Source: Rhizodiscina lignyota
Lineage: Eukaryota
NCBI GenBank assembly: GCA_010015805.1
Contig: ML978122.1
Coordinates: forward strand, 1 to 64,000
Reading direction: 5' to 3'
Length of the DNA stretch: 64,000 bases
Shown: one piece after another, positions 23,847 through 35,921 of the stretch
How the letters are laid out: each line of letters starts with the position of its first letter
How positions within the stretch are numbered: the stretch's first letter is position 1
The notes under the pieces: model-generated
What the model was told of the DNA's origin: nothing
What the model saw: the letters and a program-made list of their open reading frames with translations, nothing else
The model's database searches: none
Program-made: the position numbers and the translations under genes

Positions 23847-25658
23847 TCACTTCTTGTAAAACTGGCTCATTCGGTATTGTGTCTCGCCGTCGTATTCGGA
23901 AAGATTGTCATTCGCCTGCAGCCCTTCTCGCTCTATCGTTTCCCTGATTTCCTGTGTTCGCGGTGTCATTCTACATTTGAACGGCCGCGGCCGCCAATTC
24001 AAACCATTCCTGTAGCCATGTCAGTGCATCATTCAATCAAGAAGCTCGTCACTCACGTAAAGTTGAAAATGTCGACCGGAATCTCCTTTCCGTTGACATC
24101 GAGTGCCTTTTCTATTCGGAATGCCCAAAGCAAACGAGCAACTGTGATAAATGTGCCTTGCTCGGCGAGAGCTTGACCACTACACACTCTCCTGCCCCAT
24201 CCGAATGTCATGTACCCCTTTTCGGTTGGGAATGGCCGGCTGTCACTGCTGTCCTTCAAGAATCTCAAAGGATTAAAGCGGTCTGGATCTGGAAACTCGC
24301 GCTCATTGTGGTGTATCGCCCACACGTTGCCTTGAACCCAGGTTCCCTTCGGGATCAAGTACCCTTTGTAAACATCATCCTGTACTGGAGCATGCGGCTG
24401 GCCTCCGATGATTGCGACAGACCTCCAGCGAAAGACTTCCTTGACGAACGCTTTGACGTAAGGTAGATTCGGCTCGTCATCGAAATGCGGACTTCTGTGC
24501 TGTCCACAGACACGATCCAATTCTTCCCAAGCTGCGGGAAGAGTGTCCGGGAACGCACAACATGCGAGAACAAACGTTATCAGCGTACTTGAAGAAGTGT
24601 CGGATCCCGCACCAAAGAGATTGCCCGCGAGATTTGCAATGTCCATATAATGGAGATTGTACTTTGGTGCTTCAGCAAACAGCCTTTTCGCAAAGATGCT
24701 TTCATCTTTCGAGGTGCGATTTGCTTCGTCTGCGAGAGCATAGTAAAAGCCACGGCCTTTGACATAGCCATCAACAGCCTTCTTCCACGGCGCGATAGCT
24801 CTGGGAAATTTGGAAAGGAAGGGAAAGGTCTCCATCAGCATTGGCATTTTCTTCCCGGGTACATTGAGCTCGGAAGCAATATGCATAATGGCAATGACTT
24901 CAGTAATGATAGGATCATCCAGCGAAGCAATCCGACGGCCGAAACCAATGATTGAGACAGTACTCGCGGCATATCGTTCAAACTGTAGCACGTAATTGTC
25001 CGGATCTTGGAGCAGATTGTGTGCAACGAGCTTGCTCTCGTTATTTTGGATATCCCTGTAACTCCTTACCTGCATCATACGTTAGCCGAGTATATCCTCA
25101 AGTTCAAATGGCCGACTCACTTGCTGCATGCCAACGCCGAGGTGAGACAATCTGCGATGAACTCGCCACTTGTCGCCATAGTACATAGCAACGAGATTAT
25201 TCTGCTTCGTTGCCAACTCGCCAAACACCACCATTCGCGGTCGATCTGCGTAAACGCCCGCCCTTTTGTCGAGCATCTCTGAAGCGGTCCAGGCATCGCA
25301 TATCCATACTGTCGGCCGTCGTCCAATCCAGAATGTGATGATGGGTGTGTTCAGATTCTTTGCAATCTCCTCAAAGTAGATCCAGGGCTTGCTTTCAGGC
25401 AGCGAATGGGTATTCCCAATGATTGGCAACGGAAATGGACCAGGTGGCTGGAGGATGGTTAGTATATCATAACTGTGAGAGTCAAGATTGTTCTTCAGAT
25501 GAAAAGGGCATGCAAACCATTTTCGAACGAAGATGAAGCATCCGTGCGTAGTCTAAAATAAGGAGACTCAAAGCCAGCCCCACCGCTGCCACCGCCACAA
25601 ATCTCCACTCCAGCCATTGCACAAACGTCTCGTTATTTAGAATCTCATCGAGTATCAT
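23847..25658 (-). CDS. Cytochrome P450 monooxygenase (OrdA/CYP64-like clan)
   Basis: Four exons: 25658-25518, 25447-25121, 25069-24057, 24009-23847. N-terminal TM helix, PPGP.PLPIIGN, I-helix AGSDTS, K-helix KEVFRW, FNPLRF and heme motif FGWGRRVCSG. Confidence 0.95.
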
Positions 25659-26307
25659 CTTGACGGCTTCCTCAACGTTGTTGTTCGATAGTCCAGCGCG
25701 AACAACAACATCATATGTATAGCTCTGTCGGCATTTCATCCGATCAATATTACGGGCAGACTCGTACCCCACAACCCACCGGCAGATCGACCTTATTACC
25801 CCAAACTCATCTCCACATACATTTGAGTGCGGGACTTCCTTTGCTGTTCCTCGTTATGATTGGACCGGCAGAGTGCGCCCCAGAGAAAGCTTTCGGCAGT
25901 TGATGAAGATGCTAGCCGAACCACACACGTGCGCCACATTAATCATGTATACGGATGTATTTGTAGTCGGCGATCGCATTAAAGTTCCTTTCTAACTTCA
26001 ACGTTTTCAAGATCCATGTAGACTGTTCGTTTTATTTTTGAATTGACGAAGAACGTACTGAGCAGAACGGAGAATCTCATCGTCAAACCTCTCCTCAATC
26101 TCGAACATTTACGAGGCTGCCAGATTATTTAAGCATACAATCTCCGAAGAAATTCTCTTTGAGCAACAACCAAAGAACGTAAATTACATGTAAGAGACTA
26201 GGCTCTAAAATTATTCATACAAATCTCTCGAAATGACTGTATAGTAATAATATACATCTATGCAACAAAATATTCCCATAAGAGCATTTTCTGTTGGAAA
26301 CCAGTCG

Positions 26308-28963
26308 CTATGCGTACAATCTTCCTGGAACTGGGGGCTCAACTTCCAGACTCGTAAGACAGCAATGCCCAACAACTTCATGTTCGAATGTTGAAAGTTT
26401 TGAAGTGGCTTCTGACGTGGAACATTCTGTGATTTCGGTGGTCGACAAGTTGGGTTCGCCGTTTCTCTGGCTCTTTGGAGAAACTAGCAGATGGTCTGAC
26501 GGCTGTTCTGCCGAGCTGATACCATGTAACAAGGTGTCTCTGTCTCGCACAGAGCTCTCCAAGATGCCTTGCAAGTGTCCTTCTACCTCATGCGTTGCAT
26601 ATTTCATACCACCATTAAATCGTATATCCAGCATACGCTCGAAAGTAGTGGCATCGAGGTCAATCGAGGGACGTGAGGATGGAAGCTGATGCTCTAGAGG
26701 CTGTAGGGCTATTTCTTCGGCAATGCTGGGTAAGACGAAGCTTTGTCCAGACTCTAGGTGAGTTGCCTGCGTTTGAGAAAGAACTGCACCCCACTTAAGA
26801 GGGAAACAAGCAGGCTTTATGTCGTCTGAAGGAGGATGACATGCCGCACTAATTGCTATACTACAGCTACCCACAATTGGGAGGCCCGATGGGTATCTGC
26901 GAAAGCCAAGAGCGACAAGCGCGACCAAAAAGACGCATCCAAGTATCATTGCAAAGAATATTGCAATAAGAGAGAAGCCGCATGTCTGAAATTTGATATT
27001 TCACTCAAGTCAGGATTCGGAATACATGAAATGGGAGTGTTCGCTCCAATGGCAGGTCGGCAGGCAATACTCGCAAGAAAGATGCTCTGTGAGGTAAGAA
27101 AATGTAGAGCGGTCATTGCGACAAGCAGTGGAAGGCCATAAATCGACGGTACCTGAAGCCAATACGTCGACCGTTGCCCTGGTTGAGGTTGCGATACTCT
27201 AAGTAAGTTAGCTATGCGGCTATTCGAACTGAATGACATCCATTCGTTGCTCAGAAGCATCGAAGTGAGGAGACCGTTATAGAAAATATAAATGAATGAG
27301 ATGAGGACTTGAGGCAAGTTGGCTAGTAGAACACTGTGCATGAGCCCCGATACGTTTCCGTCGGGGTCATAGTGGAGCTATTCAGTGTTCCAAACCCCAA
27401 GCTCCACCATGCAGTTAAATTACGTGCGCCAGATGACAGCATTGCACGGTTGAAAAACCAAGCAGTCGCTACCAGTGCTGCAAGAATCCTACCTAGATCA
27501 GCTCATGCAGGATGGGAGACCTGCAACACTTACAAGCAAATCGTAATTAATCACCTTCTCCAAGATGCTGCTCGAAACCAAAACTGCATAGAATTCTCCT
27601 TCCATCTGGTTGGGCATGTCGCATATAGATTCCACGCCTTTTTCTGAACATCTGACACTTGAAGAAAACAGTGTCCTTTCGTCTTTGCATCAGGGCATTC
27701 CAAGAACGACGCCAGTGCATCTCCCAGGGTAACCAAAGGGTCATGCTTTAACGTCGTGAGCATATAAATGATACACAACGCTTTTGTTATGTTGCATGTG
27801 ATGATGATCCACATGATCAGAATACTCATTTGCAATTTGCAGAATTCCGGCTGGTTCTCGCTCAAACAGTATGCAATAGGACGGTGTCCAATTGTCCACG
27901 AAGCTGCGTCATTGGCGAGTTTTTGGAAATCACATTCTATGCCTTCCACTTTCTGGTCTGCACAAAGAAGAGACTGTTGAAGAGATTCAGGTGGGCTGGT
28001 ATAACTGAAGTTTAGATAGTTGTCATGAGAGTTGGGTTCAACCAGGAGGAGGAGCTCGGAAGGCGAGTTGGCGGCGCCATATACCGTATCTTTGATGCCT
28101 GAACTGTCTTTTGTTACGACTACAAGGCTCTTAACTCAGGTGGGTAGCTGGGTTTTGTAGAGCGATATGCATTCCTCATTCTGAAGAGTTGTCCAACGAC
28201 TGGAAGTGAGCTGTATGTCTGTTCGAATGTCTGCGATAGCCGAGGGAAATTGCCCGTATTCAATGAACCTGTTCCAAGTGCCGTTCGAGAAGAAGTCTTG
28301 AGAAACCACGAGTGCGCTAATATCATATGCGCCAATAGTTTGAAAGATTACTGAATTGTACCTAGATGAGCCGAGGGTTAGCATGAGGAGGTGATCATAC
28401 ATGCAGAGCTTGCGGCCTTTAGATATGGAGAAACTAACAAGAAGTGAAGAGGAATACTACTGCAAGCCAGGAGGCACCATGTGAAAGCGCATTTCTTGGG
28501 GACAAACCACAGATTCTTGATGCTCGGTACGCCGATATCGACCGATTTGCCGTTTGCGTGAGCGTGAGCGTGAGCGTGATCGATATCAGACCGACTGGGA
28601 GCAGCGAGTCTCTGCATACAGTATGATACAGTAATTCGAGCCTCCAAATAATGCTGTACTCAGAATATTGATAGCAATATGAGAAATGCGAGATCATTTT
28701 CTCGATTTGTTGCAGTCGTTGTCGACGAGGGTAGCAATGCCGTCCAACGAGGCTGAATGCATCATCACCCATATCGTGAAGCTCAAGTTGACCAGAAGAA
28801 CCACACAAATGAGTACAGCTAGTCCAGAAGCGACAGTGAACCAGCCACGGCGGAAGAAGTTGGAAATATTGAACCTGCGGGTCGTTCGTTGCCTTTCTGA
28901 AACCACATTGTCCACATGTTCGCCCTCTTCAGCCTTGGAGTATTGTGCTTTTCCCCAAATCAT
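26308..28963 (-). pseudogene. Disrupted DUF6536-like fungal multi-pass membrane protein gene
   Basis: Family-like segments in consecutive minus-strand frames: HIAINILSTALFGGSNYC/MQRLAAPSRSDID.AH, IGVPSIKNL, SSIPLHF.YNS, PLVTLGDALASFL, LANLPQ, QRSTYWLQVP, GSCSIAISAACH. Lesions: TGA stops at 28694, 28136 and 27551, a 10-nt duplication at ~28616-28633 and a frameshift at ~26985. Confidence 0.8.
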
Positions 28964-30019
28964 CGTGAGAACTTTTCGAATGTCACTGGCGACATAGACG
29001 GTATTGGACAAAAGCAATCGAAACAACTGAGCGATGGAGACAGGTGGAATGAGCAACACTGAGATAAAGGCAGTTCAAATGTGATAGTTGAAAAAGCTCA
29101 CGAAATCGATATCGATAAAGAGCCTCCTTGTACATATATCGTGCCGAACGCGAGATACGCGAACAATGTCGCCAGCCTTGCACTGCTAAAAGGCGCGGTT
29201 GAGTGGGCGAAGCTGCATGCGCTGTATGTATGCACGATCCTCCGAAGAGGAATCCGTGATTGCTCAAGCTATGTTTGGCTCCTAATTGCCATACACAAGC
29301 AGCAATCCTGCAGATTGATCTTCGCATCTATAGAGGGCGCCTGGTGCTTATGGATATTGATTTTCTCTTGATTGGCTGCGTTGAAGACGAAAGGATGGGT
29401 GCCGAATTTTCGCTCACGTCGCCATGGGCTTCTCATTTACTGACCAGGTCCCTCTTTAGGTCCACTAAAAAGCAATTTTGCGTTTGAGCACAATCAGGAC
29501 ACCTGCTCAACTAATCAGCATTTCAGGCATAACAGCCTGTGTTGCTCAGCGCAGCCCTGTGAACTTACGTTTGTGCCACAGAATGGCGACCTCGGGATCT
29601 TCTCGACCCGCGGACTTAGCCTCGCAGCCTTTCAGCGAAGCAATCCAGTATTTTGGAAATATTCTTTCTCAAAGAACGAGTCCAATTGCTTCAAAGAGAT
29701 ATTAATGACTCACGACTCGATCCATCGACTTCCGCAATGCAATATCTTCGGTTAGTGTACTCCAAGTTATGCCTGGTTCCATAGCACTTTTTGGCTTCAA
29801 CGACTACAAGTTCGTTTATATAACCATAGAATGAAGGATATAACTAGATCTCAGTTGAAGTCAAGTTTATAAAGACAAATATAAAGGCTAGTATTGCACA
29901 AAGGAAGCTAAAACCTACATTCATTAAAATGCCGTTTATTCCCATGAGACCTTGGTCCGCAGCAAACATCCACTTATCCTTCATGCATCCCGACCTTGCT
30001 TGCGCCAGTATCTCCCGAA

Positions 30020-32050
30020 TTAAGCCTTCTTTCCCTCCTTCTTTAATCTCTCCCTCTCCTCTTTCTCTTTCTTTGCCTCTGGACTGAGCGGGTTCTCAGG
30101 ATCATACCCCAGTGTTTTCACAATGCCCAGACCCTTCGTTCTCCCTTCCCGGAACAGTATCCGATCACCCACAGCCAGATACTCTGGCCGCTGGACGAAC
30201 CGAAAAGCGACTGTCGCCCTGTCGCCAGTGCGGATGTACTGTCGATCAATGTCGATGATCGCGCATGTCTGAGACACTGGCCCGACGTGTAGCATTGCCT
30301 GATACCTTGTCTTGATGGTCGTTGCGTGAGACAGAATGAGCACTTCGGCAACAAACTCGCGGTACACTTTCGGCTCTTTGATGGGAACGGCGGCATTGGG
30401 ATCCTTGCCGTCGTTTGCGCCAGGCTTGTGCATAACCACCATTCCTTTGCGCACGTCTTTTCTCCGGATATTGCGAAGCGCGAAAGAGGCAGATTGACCA
30501 GCTGATGCGACAGGCACAGGGATGCGTTTTCGCTCGATGGACCGGATCTTGGTGGTAGTGAACTGACCAAGAGAGTCGGGACCGAACAAGATGGTGTCGC
30601 CGGAATGAACTACGCCGCTCTTAACAACGCCGGATACAACAGTACCGACGAATGGAACGGAGAATGTGTCGTTGACGTGGAATTCAAATGGAGCATCAGC
30701 ATCGTAGTTGCCGTGATGCGGGAGCATGTTGAGGAACATGCGGACGAGATCCAGTGACTCGCCAGTAACATTGGAGACTTGGAAGATTGGGCATATGCGA
30801 CGCGATACGAATTGAGTCTGGATGTTGTCAGTAATGTCTTTGAACGAGAGCAAGCAGTGGATGACATACCGCAGTATTAATGCAGTCCTCGCGATTCCTA
30901 ACGAATATCGGAATCTTACGGGCTCCAGGAGACTTGAGAATCTTGGTCAGTTGCGTGATGGTCTGGTCCAAGATTTGGGGCGGGCAAATATCAATTTTCG
31001 TAATGACGACCATGACTGGAACATTGAGCGCGAGGGCGATTCCGAGATGCTCTTTGCTCATGCCAATGAGACCGTTATTGGCAGCAACCATGAGCAAGCA
31101 GTAGTTCGGCTCGCTGCTAAGCAGGCCGAAGACAGTGGTGCGCAAGTATCGCTCGTGGCCAGCAAGGTCGGTGAAAGTGATGACTTTGGCAGATCGTCGT
31201 CCAATCTCCTCCCAGGACAGTTTGCGGCCAGGCACAGTTGCTGCAACGACGTCTCCGACACTGTCATAGCCCATGATCTCCATGCCCACGGAGCTAGTTC
31301 GTCCACTCTCCACTTCATGCTTGTGGCGGAATAGATTGACACGAGCCTTGCCACGGCCATCATCCAAGCCTCCTTTGACCAGGACGCCCAACATGGTGCT
31401 CTTGCCCGCGTCCACATTGCCGACCACTGCTATTCTCGTCTCAATAACATCATCCACGGTTGCAGGTCTCTTGCGAATCATGAGCTTCCCACCCACTCCT
31501 TTGTCTTTCGCATTGGACGGTCCGACCTCAACGTCACCTCCCAGGTTTCGCGTCATCAGCACCTTAAAGTCAGCACTGATAGTGTCGCAAGCTTGCTTCA
31601 TCCTCTCCAGCGCCTCATTCCACTCGTCTATGGAGAAGCTCATGCTGTCGCCATTGTCTTCCAGGCCCAAGTCGAACAGACACTCGCCATGGCCCTCTTC
31701 TAATCGTCCGTCCAAGTATTCAGCCAGTTGCTTCGAGCTCTCGCCAGCATTGTCTGTCTGATCGAGTAGTAGGACCTTCAAATGTATCCGAGACGACTCC
31801 TCTGCCAACCCCAGTTCATCAAGGATGGCCAATTCATCGTGCTCCTCGTATACAGGAATGGTATTGCCGTTGGCATGCTGCTGACCAGCTGGTAGTCTCT
31901 TCGACTGTTGTTTCTGGACGTAATCGGCGAAATCGCTCAATGCCTAAGCGTAGATTTAGCTTGCTGCTCCCTCAATAATTCACGCTCAAGAATTACGGAT
32001 TCGCCTTTCCGTCTCTCCTGCAGCGTCTGTTTGGGATTTCGTGGAGCCAT
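30020..32050 (-). CDS. GTPBP1: GTP-binding protein 1/2 (GTPBP1/GTPBP2) translational GTPase
   Basis: Exons 32050-31997, 31943-30870, 30817-30020. Motifs GNVDAGKST, RHKHEVESGRTSS, DLAGHERY and TKID, followed by EF-Tu-like domains II/III (FREGRTKGLG). Confidence 0.93.
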
Positions 32051-32564
32051 CTTGCAGTGAGTATCTCGCCCCCGCGGCCCCGCTTCAGCGTTGTATTCGC
32101 GTCCGTAATCTCGATGCGGTGTTTCGTATAGGTATCGGAGAGGTCCAGATGGAATCCATGCGCTTGTTGACCAGAGGGAGCATCGAATTGCGTCGTTGAT
32201 GGTGGTGTACGGCAGCAGCTGCGAGTTGAGGACGTGAGCTTGCGGCGGGGAGTGAGGGTGGCTGTCTTATACGCAATTGGCGGGACGAGTCATCAGAGGC
32301 CAAGCTGCTGCGTCAAGTGAGAGTCAAAGCCGCGGCGGTGAATGAATGCGGTAAGATGCTCTGCTTGACTGCTACAGATGACTTTGGAGATGACTCGATC
32401 ACTTGCGACTTGCTGAGCCACCACCACCTGCACTCATGTGAATATATGGTTGCACCAGTCACGTGAGAGCGTGTTCTACTTGAGCGGGGCCTTTACGCGT
32501 CCAACTCTCTTTAAAACTCCACCACACCTCAAAATCCTCCGCACTCAAGACAACTTCAGCAAAC

Positions 32565-33012
32565 ATGGACGAAGCAACTCCACGAGTCACATCGCAATAC
32601 TTGGAGCAGTTTCAAAATCGCACAATCCGTATCCTTGGACGCGTCACGCAGTTGAGGGGCGACCAAGCAACGATAGATGCAGATGGCCAAGTCACGGTTA
32701 TCTTGAATCGCGTACGTGCTATTACACTCCTCTCTTTAGCTTCAAGCTTGTAGAGATATCTCATGCACTCAGTAGGACTCGCACCTCACACTCAACCATG
32801 CAGTCGAAATCGTCGGCAAAGTGCAGAGCGACTTGAGCGTCAGGGTTCTAAATGCCACAGATTTTGGAACCAACATCGGTATGCACTATCTTCAGTTCCG
32901 TTCTGTCTTACTACACTGTCTCACTCATACTACAGATTTCACGGCGGCTTCGGCAGTGGTGGATGCCACTCATCGGTACAGAGAGATCTTCTATGGTGCG
33001 CCTGACGCCTAA
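32565..33012 (+). CDS. RFA3: Replication protein A 14-kDa subunit (RPA3/Ssb3)
   Basis: Exons 32565-32711, 32776-32878, 32936-33012. Product MDEATPRV...IRILGRV...AVEIVGKV..DLSVRVL...DFG..IDF....VVDATHRYREIF is a small OB-fold protein. Confidence 0.92.
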
Positions 33013-33503
33013 GCATGAGGTGATGATGGAAATGTCAGCAAGTGCATTATCGAGGCGTATGGAGCTTTCTTGCATTTTTGACTAGTCATGAGGGAAATGA
33101 AAAGCATGTATATCAGTTCCTACATACTGTCAACACTTACTTTACGCTTTGAGCAGTGCTTCCATCAAGTTGCCAACATGGTCCACGGGTGCGGAGTATC
33201 AACCACCTCGTTTTACTCCCCTTAAACAGAGCGTGGTTGACAGCCCTTTTAGGTTCTCCGCTAGATTAGCTCAACTCTCCTTGAAAGGCACCTGCGTTAT
33301 AACATCGCGATGGGAGTACAGATACGGGAGAGACATACCTATGTATTTCAAATTCATCAAGACTTGTACACGTCAATGTCTATTCGGGCTGCAGATACTT
33401 CGTAATAGCCGCTGTAAAAAGCATATTCTACAGCTTGAAATCACAATGAACAAGACCATATCAATGGATTGGGTATCTTAATTGAATCGTGATATGCAAC
33501 AGG

Positions 33504-34724
33504 TTATGAAGCCTTGACCCTCTTGCTCTCCCCTCCACCACTATCACCTGGTCTCTTCCTCTCCCCAAGCGCACTTGCATTTGCGCCTGTCCTCTCCGCA
33601 CCTCTGTCCCTCTCCCTATCGTAGCCACGATCCGGCATGAATCTTTCATCCCTGCCATCATAGAGATCCCCATCCTTTCTTCTTCGATTCCTCTCGTCAA
33701 ACTCCCCCCATCTGCCCGTATCTTCACTCTTCAGATCTCTGTACTTTGTTCTGCCCTTCCGTCCCAGTTTGGTCATATCCCTGACCTGCATGAACTGTGG
33801 CAAGACACTCCGATCCACATCATCTGCAAACTTCGCTCCCATGATATCTCTCTTATCCAGGCCCTTTTCCCTCATCTCATCCTGGAAGAATGCTCCCTTG
33901 TGATGATATTTTTGCAAAAAAGCCATCTGTCCCCTGCCATCTTTCTCCCCCTTCTGCTTTGCCAGGAACTCCCGATCCTCCGCTTCTCGTTCTTCCGAGT
34001 CCAAATTCCGCCTTCGCTCGACCTCCTCCCTCTCCATCTCCGCCGCAATAATCGCATCTCGGTCACGTTTGACGCGTTTCAATTCCCGCAGTTTCCACGC
34101 CGCCTCCTCAGCCTCTAGATCGAGGTCATCTCTATCGTCAATCTTCTCCATCTCCTCGATGTCCTCGTCGTCCCAGAACTTCTTGCCCGCCGCTACGGCT
34201 GCTGCTTGCTTCTCTAACTGTTCCTGCATCATCTCATCTGTGCGCTGTTTCCGCTTCGCTTCCTCCTCCGCCGCTATTTGCTCTTCCGACTTTGACCCTC
34301 CGTTCGCTGACCCATTGGCGAAACTGCGCTCGCTCTTTTTGATAAATACGGGTCGTATCAATTTTCGCTGTTTCGCAGCTTCATCTTCTGAGCTGCTCTC
34401 CTCCTCTTCCGAAGACCCTTCCTCCTCACTTGTCTCCGACTCGTCGCCTGATCTGTCCTCGTCATCTTCGCTCTCTTCCGTCTCGAAGTCATCTTCGTTG
34501 GGTTGCTCTACTGGTTTGTTTAACCGTGCTCGCGGAAAGGAAGTTGCGGCAGGTCTTGGTGGCGGAGGGTTTGCAGCTGCGGGTGGTGATGGTGCTTCAT
34601 TCTCTTCCTCGTCTTCGTCTTCTTCATCCGACGATTCGACTTCGGGTGCAAGTGGCTTGCCGGGGCGATAGCGTTGAGGCCCATTGGGTACTCTATTTGC
34701 AATCTTTCGAGGTAGTGGAGGCAT
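33504..34724 (-). CDS. MFAP1: Microfibrillar-associated protein 1 (MFAP1) spliceosomal B-complex factor
   Basis: RYRPGK, an acidic tract, IRPVF, AWKLRELKRVKRDR, FLQKYHHKGAFFQ and LGRKGRTKYRDL.SEDT. The likely ATG is at 34724. Confidence 0.93.
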   Translation of the reverse strand: MPPLPRKIANRVPNGPQRYRPGKPLAPEVESSDEEDEDEEENEAPSPPAAANPPPPRPAATSFPRARLNKPVEQPNEDDFETEESEDDEDRSGDESETSEEEGSSEEEESSSEDEAAKQRKLIRPVFIKKSERSFANGSANGGSKSEEQIAAEEEAKRKQRTDEMMQEQLEKQAAAVAAGKKFWDDEDIEEMEKIDDRDDLDLEAEEAAWKLRELKRVKRDRDAIIAAEMEREEVERRRNLDSEEREAEDREFLAKQKGEKDGRGQMAFLQKYHHKGAFFQDEMREKGLDKRDIMGAKFADDVDRSVLPQFMQVRDMTKLGRKGRTKYRDLKSEDTGRWGEFDERNRRRKDGDLYDGRDERFMPDRGYDRERDRGAERTGANASALGERKRPGDSGGGESKRVKAS

Positions 34725-35122
34725 TTTGAATTGTGATGTTGATATTGAGTTGAGGTGATGAACATGGCTGCGGAGAGGTACGAAAGTTCGAGATGTGGCG
34801 CTCGTGGCTGGTGAGTCTTGGCACACTAGTCATGCAACATGGGAATTGAAATCTTCCCTTTCCTTTCAACCTCCATGCGCCGTGAAATCCATTTGGTTAG
34901 TTCGCCTTCATTCGAGTCCATTATTGTCAGATAGATGTTTTTAATATAGAGGCACTTGTTGTAATGCAAACCTACTGCCTATCTGTCCCACCGAGTGCCT
35001 CTTTTTCTTGGCACAGCGGGTTGATCATCAACATTAGCTTCGGCTTCTATTCAGATGTCTACTTTCCCTCAGCTTACCTGCGTGCTTCCTTTATTCTCAA
35101 ACCTTCATTAAAACTCGCATCA

Positions 35123-35492
35123 ATGTCATCACTGTATGTTGAAGTACCTCTTCAAAAGTCTGGCCAGCAAATCAGACTCCTTCGAATTTAACCTGGTGAT
35201 GCTGGCGACGACATCATCTGCCACCTCGAAGTACACGATTGTAACAAAGTTGTTAGCTGCCCAGAATATATTGCCATTTCTTACACTTGGAGCGAGTCCA
35301 TTCCGAATCTTGCAATTACGATCCAGGGTTTCAAGGTGCACGTCCGACTCAACTGCTGGTATGCACTATGGCAAGTGCGATACCAGACTTGAACCTCTGT
35401 GGATCGACTCCATCTGTATGGATCAAACCGATATATCTGGGGAGAATGTCCAAGTGGAGATGATGGGCTCCATATTTAATCGGCGCTCTTGA
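35123..35492 (+). pseudogene. HET (heterokaryon incompatibility, PF06985-like) domain pseudogene
   Basis: QIRLLRI*PG..DDIICHL...YIAISYTW...VRLNCWYAL, then frameshifted LWIDSICMDQTD..ENVQVEMMGSIF. Stop at 35189-35191 and frameshift near 35390. Remnants may extend to ~35880. Confidence 0.85.
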
Positions 35493-35921
35493 ATATCATC
35501 AGTGAATGGATTCATATATGAAGCATCGAGGTCTCACAAAACAAAGGCACTAGATGCTAGTGTCAGCCCGGACTTGGAAGCCAAGCGAAGAATATGGCAA
35601 TCATGCCTGTCTAGACTCCGGAATGATTCTGTAGTGTCTCCAATACTCTTGCAATTTGAAGATTGTAAACATATTGGCGGCCACAAACTTCGGGGATCAT
35701 AGATTTCGGGGACCCAAAAACAAAGCCGAGCGAGTATGGGCCTGATGGGCGACATGGCAAGCGTGGCTATAATACTGAGCGTCATAACGGGTATGATACA
35801 CCGAACTGCAAATGATTCCATTCTGGTCAATGCAGAATAGATACCAGGTATTGGGAACATGTAATCGAGATAGAGTCTATCTATCGCATCCCTTAATACC
35901 AAGCTCCATTTTAAGCGCACT

